Notes under the pieces: model-generated
What the model was told of the DNA's origin: nothing
The model's database searches: none
The model's input: the letters and a program-made list of their open reading frames with translations, nothing else
Translations under genes and position numbers: made by a program
Source: Podarcis bocagei
Taxonomy: Eukaryota
Length of the DNA stretch: 64,000 nt
Assembly: GCA_964188305.1 (NCBI GenBank)
Contig: OZ076886.1
Reading direction: 5' to 3' (one strand)
Part shown: one piece after another, positions 10,079 to 22,700 of the stretch
Position numbering within the stretch: position 1 is the stretch's first letter
How the letters are laid out: each line of letters begins with the position of its first letter

Positions 10079-13000
10079 GCAAGTGGTGCTGCCGTCCCAA
10101 GTCTGTCTGGAAGGCACCAGCTCCCTCTGGCCACGCTGTACTGAGGGTGTGGAGGTCATAGACAGATCACGCAAGACAGAGCGGAGGGCCCCCTTACCCA
10201 GTGAATACCGTGCCCCCGAGATGGCATGGGGGACGGACAGTCCTACAGCTGGCCTGCATTACATGGGCCACCTCCGTTGATCATTGTCTGCACTGCCTTT
10301 TTTCCCAGCTCTATTGTCACTGGTTCAAATCCATGTATTGACCTCATTCACATCCCCCACCCACCATTTCCACACCTTTTCTTTTCCTTTTTTTAAAAAA
10401 CTTCCTCCTTACACACAAAGGTTTGCACACTTGAGAACTTTGAAGGGACAGCAGAAGCAACCAGGCCGCTGGTTCTATAAAATGCAGTCCAGTAGTAATG
10501 AACCTCTGTCTCCTTGCTGTGCTTGGAGAGATGAGAGGGGTCTGTCTTCCTTTTATTTATATGCGATCCCCTACCCTGCTGTTCTGCAGAGAGGTAAGAA
10601 GGTTGGATGCCTCCACACTCGTTTGTGGTTTTCAGCCCAGGAAAGGATGGGTGGATAGAGAGAGTGCTTCTGAAGAGGTGGCTTGGATCGAGAGAGAGAG
10701 ATTTTATTTTTGTTTCTGTGTATATTATTTATTTATACTGTGCAATGCCAATCCGTCTCCCTTAGAGGAGGCTTGGCATAAAGCTTTAAGTTTAATTATC
10801 TTGAGGACTTTTAAGGAGCAGCCAGAACTGCTTTTGTAGCTAAAGGTATGACATCTTTTCTATTTAATTGTGGTAAGGGAAGGGTTCCCCTTGGTAACGT
10901 CTGTGTCTCACTTTGCCTGAAGTTCTGTTCTGCTGCAACCATTACAGGAGTTTAGGCGTTGCCTTAATCCATATGGTCAGTGACAGTTCCTCCGGAATTC
11001 CCTGCCTGGAATTGTGTGAGCTGATGCAGTATTCTTTCTCAAGTCCACCTTTATGGCTATCTTTTCAAACACTGGTTCTTGCAAAGTTCCTACCAATGCC
11101 TGGCTTGCTTCAGGGGGGTGGCAGTCCATCAAAGCGCCCAAACCCTAGGGGTTTTTTTAAGGAAAGAAGGGTCCATTATTGGACTTTTAGTCTGTTCATG
11201 ATTTACAAGGCCAGTGCAAGTGGCTGAATTTTTAGGCACCTGAGAGAATTGCCTGAAGAGTATTTTCTTCTTGACAAACAAAGAGATGAGAATTTTGGGC
11301 TGCTTGGACATCAGGTTCTGCCCTTTTTTTAAAAAAAATTCTTTTTTTATTTTAGTGAAAATGCGCAGACTCTTGTAGTGGAACTACATATGAAGCAAAC
11401 ATGAGGCTCCAAGCTCACCGTTTGCCTCCTAACACTATCGGGTTGGGGATGGGAGGGTTGCAGGGGAGATCAGGTGGGAGGTGTGTGCTTAACCCTATGT
11501 GCCCCTTCCACTCCTGCCTCTGCACGTATGTGAACCTTCAGACAGGCTTGTATAATGTGTAGCTCTGCTCCACAGAAGCAGACCTCTGTTTGGGGTAGTG
11601 GGGGAGAAACATTGATTTCTCAACAAGAACGCTTGCCGTGGCCAATGCTGACATAGCCACACCAGCTAGAGGTAACCCGTGGAGCAATGCTTTGGGAAGC
11701 GGCATGGTGCTGATTTGGTCCAGCCAAAAATCACTCTGTATTTGCAATTCATGGTCCTTCTCTTTGTTTTCAACACGGGGAGGAAGCCTGATAATTGGCT
11801 CCTTCCCCTCTTAACAATAGAGTCCAAGATTAAAATCAGCAAGGCCTCTCTCGTGTCACACTTTCTTTCCACTGGTGACGGAGAGATCTCAAGGACGTGC
11901 TGGTGTGCGAAATGTATTGTGTCTTGCAAGGTGTCTGAATAAAGGCATTGTTGCAAATGAAGGTGGAGACCAGCTGGTGTTAGGAGGGGTTCCACAGAAG
12001 GTCTGTGAAGGAGGCGGTGAAGGATGCCGAATTCTGAAGATGTAGGATTTCCACCCTGCCGAGCAGGTAGGCAGCTTCATTAGGCAACATCCCTGGTTAT
12101 AGAGAATGTTCCCTGGACAGTACCAGATAGTTCCTAAACTGTGGGATGCTTCTGCTTTTAGGGAAGGAGAAGCATTTGTTGTCATGGGCATACTTTTCAT
12201 CTGTTTCCTTATACCAAGCTTGTACAAATTTATGCTCCATTTGATTTTGCCTAATTTCTAAAACCTGCAACAATAAATCTAATGAAGGTTCTGTATGAGA
12301 TGCATGGGCCTCTCTTTCTGAAAGAGGTCTCCATGATTTTTCACTTGGCATGGATTTGCAGTATATTTGGTCCATAGTTGAAGGAGGAGTTCCTTTGGTT
12401 TTCTCCCCAAATTTTATGCTGCATGCCTCTTAGCTATAGGCAAGCCTTGTTGGTCATTTTACCTCCCCAACTCTGGATTCCTCCAGTGAGGTTAACCCAG
12501 CATTTACACTGCAGAAGCAAGAGGACAAGCCTGCACCCACTTGGCCCAGCCTGTCACATGGGTGGCCCTGAAGTATTGTGTATGTACTTATATGAATATG
12601 CCTGGGGGAAAGGCTCCAGTTTGGTATAACCTTGCATATTTTAATAGATGTATTCTATATATACATGCTGCACCGTATTGCCAAATCTCTGTGATTTTCT
12701 GTACCATTTTTCAGTCTCCCCTCAACCCCACCCCCTCAATCCAGCAGCATAGTATGTGGTCCAAACAAGAGTTCAGCCCAAACTGTTGCTTTGATCTCCT
12801 TGTGTCAGTCTGATTTCATTTATTTGCTAGCAGTGGGCACATGTTTGCAGTTTTGGATGGCTTGTGAAACTGTTTGCCGGTTTGTGCATCATAATTCCTA
12901 GCAATTGTTGTTGATACTTGTTTGTGTAGTGCTACCCGAATGCTCGCTGCCTCCAAGGCTACATGTTAGGAAGATCATTAATCGCTGCTGTTTCTAAATC

Positions 13001-16000
13001 TGGAGTAAAACCCCGTTGACTTTAGTGTTTCAGATTTACATTGGAGTAAATGGGAGAATATTTTTGTTAGAATCAAATCCAAGCGGCTTCTTTGGCCTGT
13101 TTTTGTCAGGGTTTGGGTTTTGTTTTGCATATGAAATTCACTTGGATGTGCAGGCCTTACTTTTAAGTTTGTTCTAGCATGACTGTCCCTGAAGTGACAT
13201 TGGTAATACTACATTAATTATTCACCTTTCTGTCACCCCTGTTGCAGTGGTTTCGAGACTATGGCTGTAGAGCAGGGCCATATGTTTTACCAAAAGTTGC
13301 TACATAGTTGATTGCTCCGACTGCTGTTTTACCTGCAAAACACACTAAGAGGAAATTTGCATTTTCCCTTCCATATTGTAAAAGAAATCACAGTGTGCTC
13401 AAGATAAGTGGTTTCTTCCAGAGTTGTCTGATCTCTCAGACTAGATCCATGCAACAACAGGAGAGTAAGGGACGAGCACTCCGGCAAGGAATATTTATTT
13501 ATATCCTTTTGATGCTCAGAGCGAGCAACATACAACCATATGATGAAATAATTATTTTGAATAACATGCAGTAAAGCTCTAAAAACAGTAGTTTATTCCT
13601 AATGAAAGCCTAATTTGACTCCTTGGAACCATGGAAGAATGACAAGCATTAAGGGCAAGGGCAGTTCTAACTTTGCTATGATTTGTGACTGAGCACAAGG
13701 GACTCGATCCACTGCTTCAAGCTGATGCAGCCTGTTTCTCCCCACTGAGTTTGGCTAATTGCTAGGTGAGGATAATCCCCAGTGAGCTGAATAACATTAG
13801 GTCATGTAGCTGATTTGTTTTTTTTTAAGAAAACCCTAACTTTGTTGCTTATATTGAAGTGATTTACTTCTCATGCACATCTACTTAAGGTCATTAAAAA
13901 CAATCCCTTTAAATCAAGGTAACAAAACAAAAAAAGGACTGTATTGATCTCAAAGGGATTTTCCTATTTCTTGTAATCATTGGCTTAAAAGGTAATGGTG
14001 TGTTTTGGGGGCTCATGGGATGGATACTTGCATAGTGGAAGTGCTGGTCTTCTGCATACTATCCACACATGGACTACAAAGCAAGCTTCTGCCTTGGCAT
14101 AGAAGATAGAAGAAGATTTGAAGCCCCCCAGTCTGGCAGCCCCAAAACCCTCCCAGGCAGCGTTGTGTTTGTGTCTTGGAGCAAGGCTTTTCTGCTCCAA
14201 GAGGCATAGAAAGGCCATGCTAAGCCACCTGCCCCCCCCTTTGCCACCCTCACAATCTTGCTTTGACTTTTGTATTACATTTTTATAACACTAAATATTA
14301 TGAATGGATTTTAAAGGATGGGGGGGGCTGCACACCTATTTCTACCCTAAAGTAAGCTTGCACAGACCTTTTCTCTTCTCTTGAGCTACACCTGTGACCC
14401 TCCTATATCTCTAACAGCAGCAGGTTATCAGGAATCTGGCCTTCTGTGTTCGATCGCCTACAGATTCCTATACTACGTACCAGCAAACGGTGGTGCCACC
14501 ATTGCGGAAAAACCAATATCCTAGAGCAGGTGGTTATGTCTTGCTCCAGTCTGTTCTCCTGGGACGGATAGGCTGGAGATGGTGCCTGTGTGTGATCTTT
14601 ACTAGCTATTGAAAAGGTTCAATTTGCACTTTAATAGTAGCTCTTTCCCTTCATCATCGAGGGAAAACAATGTGGTGCTGTGTTTAGACTGGGGTTGGGA
14701 GTGCTGCTTCTGTTCTCCCACCTCTGACACTTGACTTCTAGTTATTCTCTACCTTGAATGCATCCATCCCCTTCTTGTGCACCACAGCATCCCCTTCTAC
14801 AGAAGCGGGAGAGGCCGAGTGTACTCTTGTGAATAAATCATGTGGCCCTTTGTTAATTATACTAAACAGAACTTCCCAGACTAGGTCCCAGTGTACAAGC
14901 TGCAACGGCAGTATCCTGCTGGAGACAAAGCAGAACTAGAGGATTGAAGGAATGAGTGTGTGCTCCCCAGAGTCTAGTTTGTTATTCTAGAAAGAATAAC
15001 TGCGAGGAGCAGAGCTAAATTAAAAGTTTCAGCACTGCCATCCACCTAATTGTACATTTTCTGTCCTAGCGAAAGTGGCAACTGGCTCTGCCTGGTTATG
15101 TTTGGAACATGGATGGACCAAGTTAGTGCTTGTGGGTCCCACTTGGTTAGCACCTGTGAAATTGCCAACACACATTGTCCCCTGAAATGGTTTGCTGTGT
15201 TGCTTTTTAATGTTTGATTTTTTTTTCCACATGGTGGAAAAATTGTATGCATAAAACACACATGTGCCATTTTAAAAAAAGTAATAAGAGAGCCTGGCCC
15301 TAGGGCAAGAGTAAGACACATTTTTCTGCTGCAACATTAAAGCTGCTGCTATGTATGTGTAATCAAGCCGCAGAGCTGGAATCCACAGATCCATTGCCAG
15401 TGCCCTTAGAACAGGCATGGCCAAACTTGGCCCGCCAGCTGTTTTGGGACTACAGTTCCCAGCATCCCTGACCACTGGTCCTGTTAGCCAGGGATGATGG
15501 GAGTTGTAGTCCAAAAACAGCTGGAGGGCTAAGTTTGGCCATGTCTGCCTTAGAATGAATGTTACATCAATCTGCAACAACTACTTAACCCACACACACA
15601 TTCATGATCTCTGTGAGAGCTGGTAATACAACCTCACTTAGGACCTGGCCTATTGCACTGACTCGACACACATGCCCACACACCAGAATTAAGCTTGACC
15701 AGAGTGACTTTGCATCAGGCGTTGCTATGAGGAGGAGCAATGCATCCGGACAGGTTAGTAGTCCGTAAAAGAAAGGAACAGTGAACTAAGAAGGTAGCAC
15801 AGCTGAGGAGTTTTATTTGAGCACCGCACTCTTTTTCAGCATTGAAACGTATTAGCAGACGTCATAATTAACAACCACCACCGTGTTAAAGGTTGGTTAC
15901 TATCTTAGGGTTTTCTGTAGTGAGTCTGATGCTCCTTCTACCCCTATGTCGCCACTGTTTCAAAGAAACACTTCTTCTGGGTGCGTAAAAAAAATGTAAA

Positions 16001-16500
16001 ATATTGTTGCTGTTTGTGTGGTAGTTTCTGAAGTTCACCTTAAAATCCAGAATTGCTCCAATCCAGTGGGAGCAGTTGCCCAGCTGATATAAAGCAGCAT
16101 TGGAGGTAGTGGTACACATTTGCCACACCTTTAGCTAAAAATCCAGCTCCAATTTTATACCATCCTGTGGAACAGTATGAAATGACTATGTGGTTGAAAG
16201 CCCCTGTATTCTGCACGGCTCCAGTACTAGCCCACAGCTGCATCTATCCAAAGGGAATGTGCACATTGCAGTGTTAGGGCTTTCCAGGTTGGAAGGAAAC
16301 TTTCTCTCCTCATAGCCCCCAACTGTTCCTCAAGTCATGCGTTTAGTGTAACTATGTACCAGTGTCCCTTCTCTGCTCCTCAGAATATAAACTGCCATTC
16401 TTTTCAGCCCACACCCATTTTAAAACAAATACTGCTGTACAAAATAATATCTGTACTTTCAAAAAAACGACGAAATAAACTATTTACACTGTCTTAATAA
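10079..16500 (+). other. EVI5L: Putative long EVI5L 3'UTR; AATAAA candidates at 11938, ~14832 and 16474
   Basis: U-rich, nearly repeat-free sequence after the stop; distal AATAAA preceded by TGTA elements. The true end needs RNA data. Confidence 0.5.
15412..15547. mobile_element. Palindromic hAT MITE with perfect 8-bp TSD (ccttagaa)
   Basis: TIR caggcatggccaaactt ... aagtttggccatgtctg; TSD at 15404-15411 and 15548-15555. Confidence 0.92.
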
Positions 16501-16754
16501 TTCTGTCTCCGACTTCAGTGGTGATGGTGGGTGTTAGTCACTGAGAAAACCACACCTGCGTGCATTGGGTGGGTGCCCAGCGCATAGTTTCCTCTACAAA
16601 AGACTTGTACTACCTGCCCATGTGGGAGTTCTGGGTTACATTTGCTGCGTGGAGGCCTAGATCATGGTATCCACCTAATTCACAAAACTTACAAACATGA
16701 CAGCATATCAGGCTGAAAGCTCTGCAATACAAGCAGTGGCTCTTTCCTGAAGTA

Positions 16755-16997
16755 CCGTGTTTTTTGCTCTATAAGACTCACTTTTTCCCTCCTAAAAAGT
16801 AAGGGGAAATGTGTGTGCATCTGATGAAGCGAATGCAGGCTGCGCAGCTATCCCAGAAGCCAGAACAGCAAGAGGGATTGCTGCTTTCGCTTGTTGTTCT
16901 GGCTTCTGAGATTCAGAATATTTTTTTTCTTGTTTTCCTCCTCCAAAAACTAGGTGCGTCTTATGGTCTGGTGCGTCTTATAGAGCGAAAAATACGG
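16755..16997 (+). mobile_element. Tc1/mariner(pogo)-type MITE, copy 2
   Basis: Same sequence and TIRs as 4474-4732. Confidence 0.8.
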
Positions 16998-18584
16998 TGA
17001 CACAAGACTCCCAAGCCTCATGCAAAATCTCTGGCAACATCACGGAGGTTGGACTCCAACTCCTACCAACCCCAGTCCGTGTAACCGGTGCTGGAGGAGA
17101 TGGGAGTTGGAGTCCAGCAGGATCACATGTTCACCATCCCTGCCCAAAATACAGCATTTCCTTCCCCACAATAGCACAGTTTATGGGTGGAATTGATTGC
17201 ATGTTATTTCTGTATTTGCTGAAGAAAATATACCAAAAGCAACATTCACCTTTTCTCTCCACACTTATGATCACACACAAGATTTAGAGGCTGTTTACTC
17301 TGTCTCCAGCCAAATTCTCAAGTACATACTTTCCAGTTGTCTATCCTATTGAATCAGGCTTCTGTAGACAAAGCAGGGAACAAGTGGTGTTTAAAGGCAA
17401 TGGGGGCAGTTGACTGCCTATTGAAAGAGCCTCAGCAACTCTCCTGCACATCTGTTTAATAAAACTGGAGAAACTATCATTTGCAAGGTGGTTAACTAAA
17501 AAAAAAGACCCAAAAGGTTTCAGAATCTGAATCATTTTGTGGAGCAATCAGCTTTGTTTCCTTGTGAAGCTGGGCAATGGCATGAAAACGACCATTTATA
17601 TCCCAAAATAACATTCCTACAAAGAGAGTACAAGGTATTACTATAGTCAGATAGGAAGCCAAATGCAACGATGGTTCTCTTCTCCCAAAGTGCTGAAGCA
17701 GGCCTAAGAGCGATTGCAAGGCCACAATGGTAGCTAACAGCTTCCCCAAAGATGAGGGGCAGTAGTGCAAACATTCTGCGAAGATTTGAGCCTGAGTTTG
17801 CCTTTTAGTCCACACTTAGCAGTGCAGAAACGAAGAGCAAAACTCAATGAAGAAGCAGCACAGCTCTCTCCAGGCAGCTACCCAAAGCAATGAAAATCCC
17901 ATACAACTGCCAGAAAACACAATTGCTTATTTAAGCTAAAGCTTAAAGTCTGAGGTTTTCCAGTGTTGAAAGGTATTGATTCAGAATCGGTTGTGCTGCT
18001 GGACTGAAGCCATAAAGATGTTGTGGCCTGAAAGAGTTGCTGGTACAGGGGAATGCAAGCGGATTCACCGAAACAGGTGCTTGGTCACAGGAAAAACATC
18101 CTAGAACCTACAAGATAGATAAATCAGTGCGGATGACAGGCTAGACTTCCCCACCGGCCCTTCTTTGCCTGCCTCTCTTGCCAACCTATTACGGACCCAA
18201 GCTCCCCATTCCTCTCTCGTCTAGCAAACATTTTACATATTTGTTATTGTGCTACCACCACAGACTCATCAGCTAACAGTTGCAGTGTTTAAAGCTGCAG
18301 AGGCATGTTTTTATAACTGACCCTAAAAAATTTCCTTCCATTCGGTCTGGAGTATCTCATTTGTGAATGCTAATATGGGACGAACAACAAAAGGACCAGT
18401 TTCAAATACAAAATCCCTACTAGTTTTGACTTCCATCTCTCAGTTAGACATGGAATGCATCCCATGAACAATTCCATCTATTCAACTGGTGTATTGCTTC
18501 AAGTCCCAAAGTGAGTTGCAGAGACAACAAAGTACAATATGCAACAAAAGTCCATTAAAAGTTAAAATAAATGTGCTGAAAGCT

Positions 18585-19503
18585 CTATCTCTCTTTCAAA
18601 TCAGAGCCAGTGAAGGCAGTGAAGGTCCTGTGTGAATGTCTGGAGGCGGTTGGAGATTGGATGATGGCTAACAGATTGGGGTTGAATCCTGACAAGACAG
18701 AAGTACTGTTTTGGGGGGACAGGGGGCGGGCAGGTATGGAGGACTCCCTGGTGCTGAATGGGGTAACTGTGCCCCTGAAGGACCAGGTGTGCAGCCTGGG
18801 AGTCATTTTGGACTCACAGCTGTCCATGGAGGCGCAGTTCAATTCTGTGTCCAGGGTAGCTGTTTACCAGCTCCATCTGGTATGCAGGCTGAGACCCTTT
18901 CTACCTGCAGACTGTCTCACCAGAGTGGTGCATGCTCTAGTTATCTCCCGCTTGGACTAATGCAATGCGCTCTACATGGGGCTACCTTTGAAGGTGACCC
19001 AGAAACTACAACTAATCCAGAATGCGGTAGCTAGACTGGTGACTGGGGGCGGCCGCCAAGACCACATAACACCGGTCTTGAAAGACCTACATTGGCTCCC
19101 AGTAAGTTTCCGAGCACAATTCAAAGTGTTGGTGCTGACCTTTAAAGCCCTAAGCAGCCTTGGTCCAGTGGCTCCACCCCTGTCATTCTGCCCAGACACT
19201 GAGCTCCAGCGCCGAGGTCCTTCTGGCGGTTCCCTCACTGCAAGAAGCAAAGTTACAGGGAACCAGGTAAAGGGCCTTCTCGGTAATGGCTCCCACCCTG
19301 TGGAATACTGTCCCACCAGATGTCAAAGGAAAAAACAACTACCAGACTTTTAGGAGACATCTGAAGGCAGCCCTGTTTAGGGAAGCTTTTAATATCTGAA
19401 GGACTATTGTATTTTAATATTTTGATGGAAGCAGCCCAGAGTGGCTGGGGAAACCCAGCCGTTGGGCAGGGTATAAATAATAAATTATTGTATTATTATT
19501 ATC
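18585..19503 (+). mobile_element. 5'-truncated L2-clade LINE (C-terminal RT/ORF2 relic, 3' tail, (TAT)n end)
   Basis: WMMANRLGLNPDKTE, SLGVILDSQLS, HALVISRLD*, LQLIQNAVARLV..DHITPVLKDLHWLPV; in-frame stop and frameshift. Confidence 0.9.
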
Positions 19504-19663
19504 AACAAAAATCACTCAAAAACATCACCACGCTACTTGTATAAGCCTGCATATTTGCAGAGGCAAACTCTGGAAATGCAGGGGGCACAAAGGATCCAAG
19601 TCAATAAATAATCCCCTTCCAATTCTCCAAATTCATTCCTCCCATGAACTTTTTGAAATCTAG

Positions 19664-19779
19664 TTACCTTCTTCGGTAGAGGCTTCTTAGGGTAGAGCAC
19701 CACGTGCGACGTGCAGGGCCAGCTGCAGCTGGAGCTGACAAAGTGTCTTCACGCTTTGGAGCAGATGGTCCTACAGGGT
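19664..19779 (-). CDS. TGFBR3L: TGFBR3L putative last coding exon DPVGPSAPKREDTLSAPAAAGPARRTWCSTLRSLYRRR*
   Basis: Strong pyrimidine tract plus tag acceptor, in frame; TAA at 19664-19666 overlaps a possible AAG|GTAACT donor. Confidence 0.55.
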
Positions 19780-22700
19780 CTAGCAGGAGGAAGGAAGAAA
19801 ATGCAGCAGTGCTCCCCACCCGCCCCCAATTGCACTGCAACCATCCATCTCACCACCACACTAACCCCCTTCCAGAGGTAAACAAATGCACCCTCTTCCT
19901 ATTTGCATATGTTCGTTTCTCCAAGTCTTAGCATATTTATAATGTTCCACTTTTAAGTATTGAGATGAAGCAAAACTGCCCTAGCTTGGGTATATTTAAA
20001 ACTGGCTAATCCTGGAGGCAATGAACTGGCTCTCTTGCATACAGCAACCTGCTGTAGTAAGGACAGCTTTCTTGAATTCCTGGCTCTGCCCACTCCAAGT
20101 GCATTTGCATTATGGATGCTTCAAACGAGTCCAGGTATATGCAGAAGGTCCCAGGTTCAGTTCACCAGCATCTCCAGGTATAGCTGGAAGATAACTCTCC
20201 CTGCCTTATATTAGCTACAATAGGTGACTTTTTGGAAGCCTTATTCAGCAGAGGGAAGGGGACTTGCAGGCACCAGGAAGGTCTCAAGGTGCATATGTGC
20301 CTGGTTGCTGAACTGGACACCCATGCAATATGCATTCATTATTATTTAACAAATTTTGTATACTGCTTAGTTGTAGTCAAACATCTAAGGTGCTTATAAT
20401 GTTGAAATTATCAATTAAAGAACCAGTTTGAAATAATTAAACATTGAAAAATAATTAAAAGTTAATATAAGCGTGCACCACTGATTCCATTCACAGCCAG
20501 AGATGGAAATGAGTGCAGAATCAAAGCCTCTGCTCAAATGAAGGATTTCTCAAAAGCCAATGTGTCACCTTACCTGTCTCAGCTGCAGGCTGGCTCCTCC
20601 TCCCGGAAGCCGACTCACCTACGAGTTCAAGGCTGGCATTAAAATTTAGTAATTAAAGCTTTGTTCAGACCGCCTCATTTCAGAGAAAGGTGTGAAAATG
20701 CATGTGCACTGTCTAATAATAAAAAATAACCAGAAATAACAAGCAGACGGGGATCAATATCATGGCTGTGCACATAAATCCCTCTCCCTCCCCTCTGACC
20801 TTTACTTTCCTCCTTTGACTGTCTGGCCTTTTTATCATCCTATTTGTTCTGTTTCTATTTCTTTCTTTTTTCCATGGTGGATGGGTGGACAAGTACAACT
20901 GTGCAAAGGCAGACCAATATGAATAATGATGCAAATTTCCCAGACACATAATTCCCTCCAGACTTTTTTGTGACATTGATTCCAATATGTATTTCAGCTG
21001 TTGCATCTTCGATCGCCTAAGGGTCATGTTTCCCACTCTTATGATCCTTCCTAGAAGCCAACTGCAATGGGGATCATTTGGCTGCCAGCTTCCACCCCAA
21101 GATCCATGCCCATGAGATGGAGGCAGACAGTTGGCAGAAGCCAACCAGCCCCAACCTGGTGCCCTCCAGATGCTTGAGAGGACAACTCCAGGTCCAGGCC
21201 CAGCAAGCATGGCTGGCTAGTGATGAGAGCTAAAATCCAAAACAGCTGGAAGGCAATAGGTTGATGAAAGGTGTCATGATCTATAATTTGGAGTTTTCCC
21301 ATCTCGGACATGAGGCCCAGTCTACCTTTACAGAAATGCTAAGGTGTGCTCCCCCAGGCTTTGCCAAAAATCAATCATTCAAGTAAAATAGATGGTACCT
21401 ACAGCACTGAGGGGAGCCTCCTCATACCCACCTGTATAGGTGTAAATGAACCAGAGCCCAATAGTGAGGCAGATGCCGATGAGGAAGGCTGCAATAGCTA
21501 TCCCAATTACTGCGGGGACCGTCTGGCCTGGCGCAGCTGCAGCTATAGAGAAGCGGGAAATGGGGAGGATGCATGGAGAAAGAGCACGAAAATGCATTCT
21601 CATTCTCTGTCCAGGAAGGGGAGATGGGCCAGGGCCCGAAACGGGGTAATACGGAATGAAAAAGTCTGAGGATCAGAGTTCTTGCTCCAACCCACAGCAG
21701 CAGGAATCCTCAACTCCACTCCCCCCCCCCCCGAGCCAGGAGTAGAATCCCAGTCTAAAACCGATTTCAGTCCCCAAATCCCCGGGAAACAAGGCCAGCA
21801 AGAGATCATGGGGATGTTTGCTTACTTCGGACTACCTGAGTCTTCCGCTTGTGGGCTGCATCCTTTGGTGCTTTTCCTTGTTGTTTGTCTGGGACATTAG
21901 CTGCAGAAAAAGACACCAAAGTCAAGGAAGGAACAGATAATCTGAGGGAGTGTCTGAAGAAAATAGCCTCCGGGTGGCAAGGGGGAGAAAAGGAATGAGT
22001 GCATAACTCTGCCCATCATTGCTACTTTGCTTCACTCAGGATGAACATGTAAGATGTCATTGGCAAAGTCTGAGCTTGTAGCATGGTGAGATCCAAGGCA
22101 TCAATCTCCTGGGTAGGAGATGCTGGTGAACTACAAGCCCCATCATCCCTTGCCATTGGCCATGCTGGCTTGAGGTGATGGGAGCTGGAGTCCAAGAATA
22201 TCTAGAGGGCTACAGGTCCAGCACCTCTGCTCTGGAGAGATGCACTCCAAGACGCTTCCATCTCCCCAGCAAGCAGGACTCCCCCATCCGTTTCTTTCAG
22301 TTCCTCACTCACTCTGCAGGGCAGTTCTCTCCAGCATGGAGCCAGGGTGCTGAACTGCAAGGCCCTCAAGCCAACAACTCTCTTCTAGCTGCTATCTAGA
22401 ACCCACAGGAAAGTACCTGGTTTCGGGCCAGGAGAGGCAGCTCGGAGCGGAGTCTCCACAGTCACTAGCATAGGCTTTGTGATGGTGCGCTGGAAGCGGC
22501 TTGGGACCGCCTCCTCTTCTCCGCTGCAGGCCTCGTTCTCAGACCGACACTGAAACAAAAACCTGCCTCAGAAGAGTGCCTCATCCCAACAGTGGGAGGT
22601 AGGCCTTGGCCTAGTTACATCCCACCTGCGTCTCCATAAGCCCAGCCAGCTCATTTCTACAGCTAACAGGGAGGCTCTTTTGCACAGGCCCATTCCAGAG

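Noticed and set aside
18610-19353. RT-like ORFs as a host gene
   Set aside because: Broken L2 LINE ORF2 fragment.
10079-19600. PRR36, LRRC8E, SNAPC2 or CTXN1 between EVI5L and TGFBR3L
   Set aside because: No ORF or exon chain resembling these proteins; the short ORFs look like random UTR or intergenic frames.
21051-21229. In-frame ORF after the TM exon as a possible TGFBR3L cytoplasmic exon (ALITSQPCLLGLD..)
   Set aside because: It overlaps a degenerate hAT MITE and has no betaglycan similarity; 20574-20618 fits homology better.
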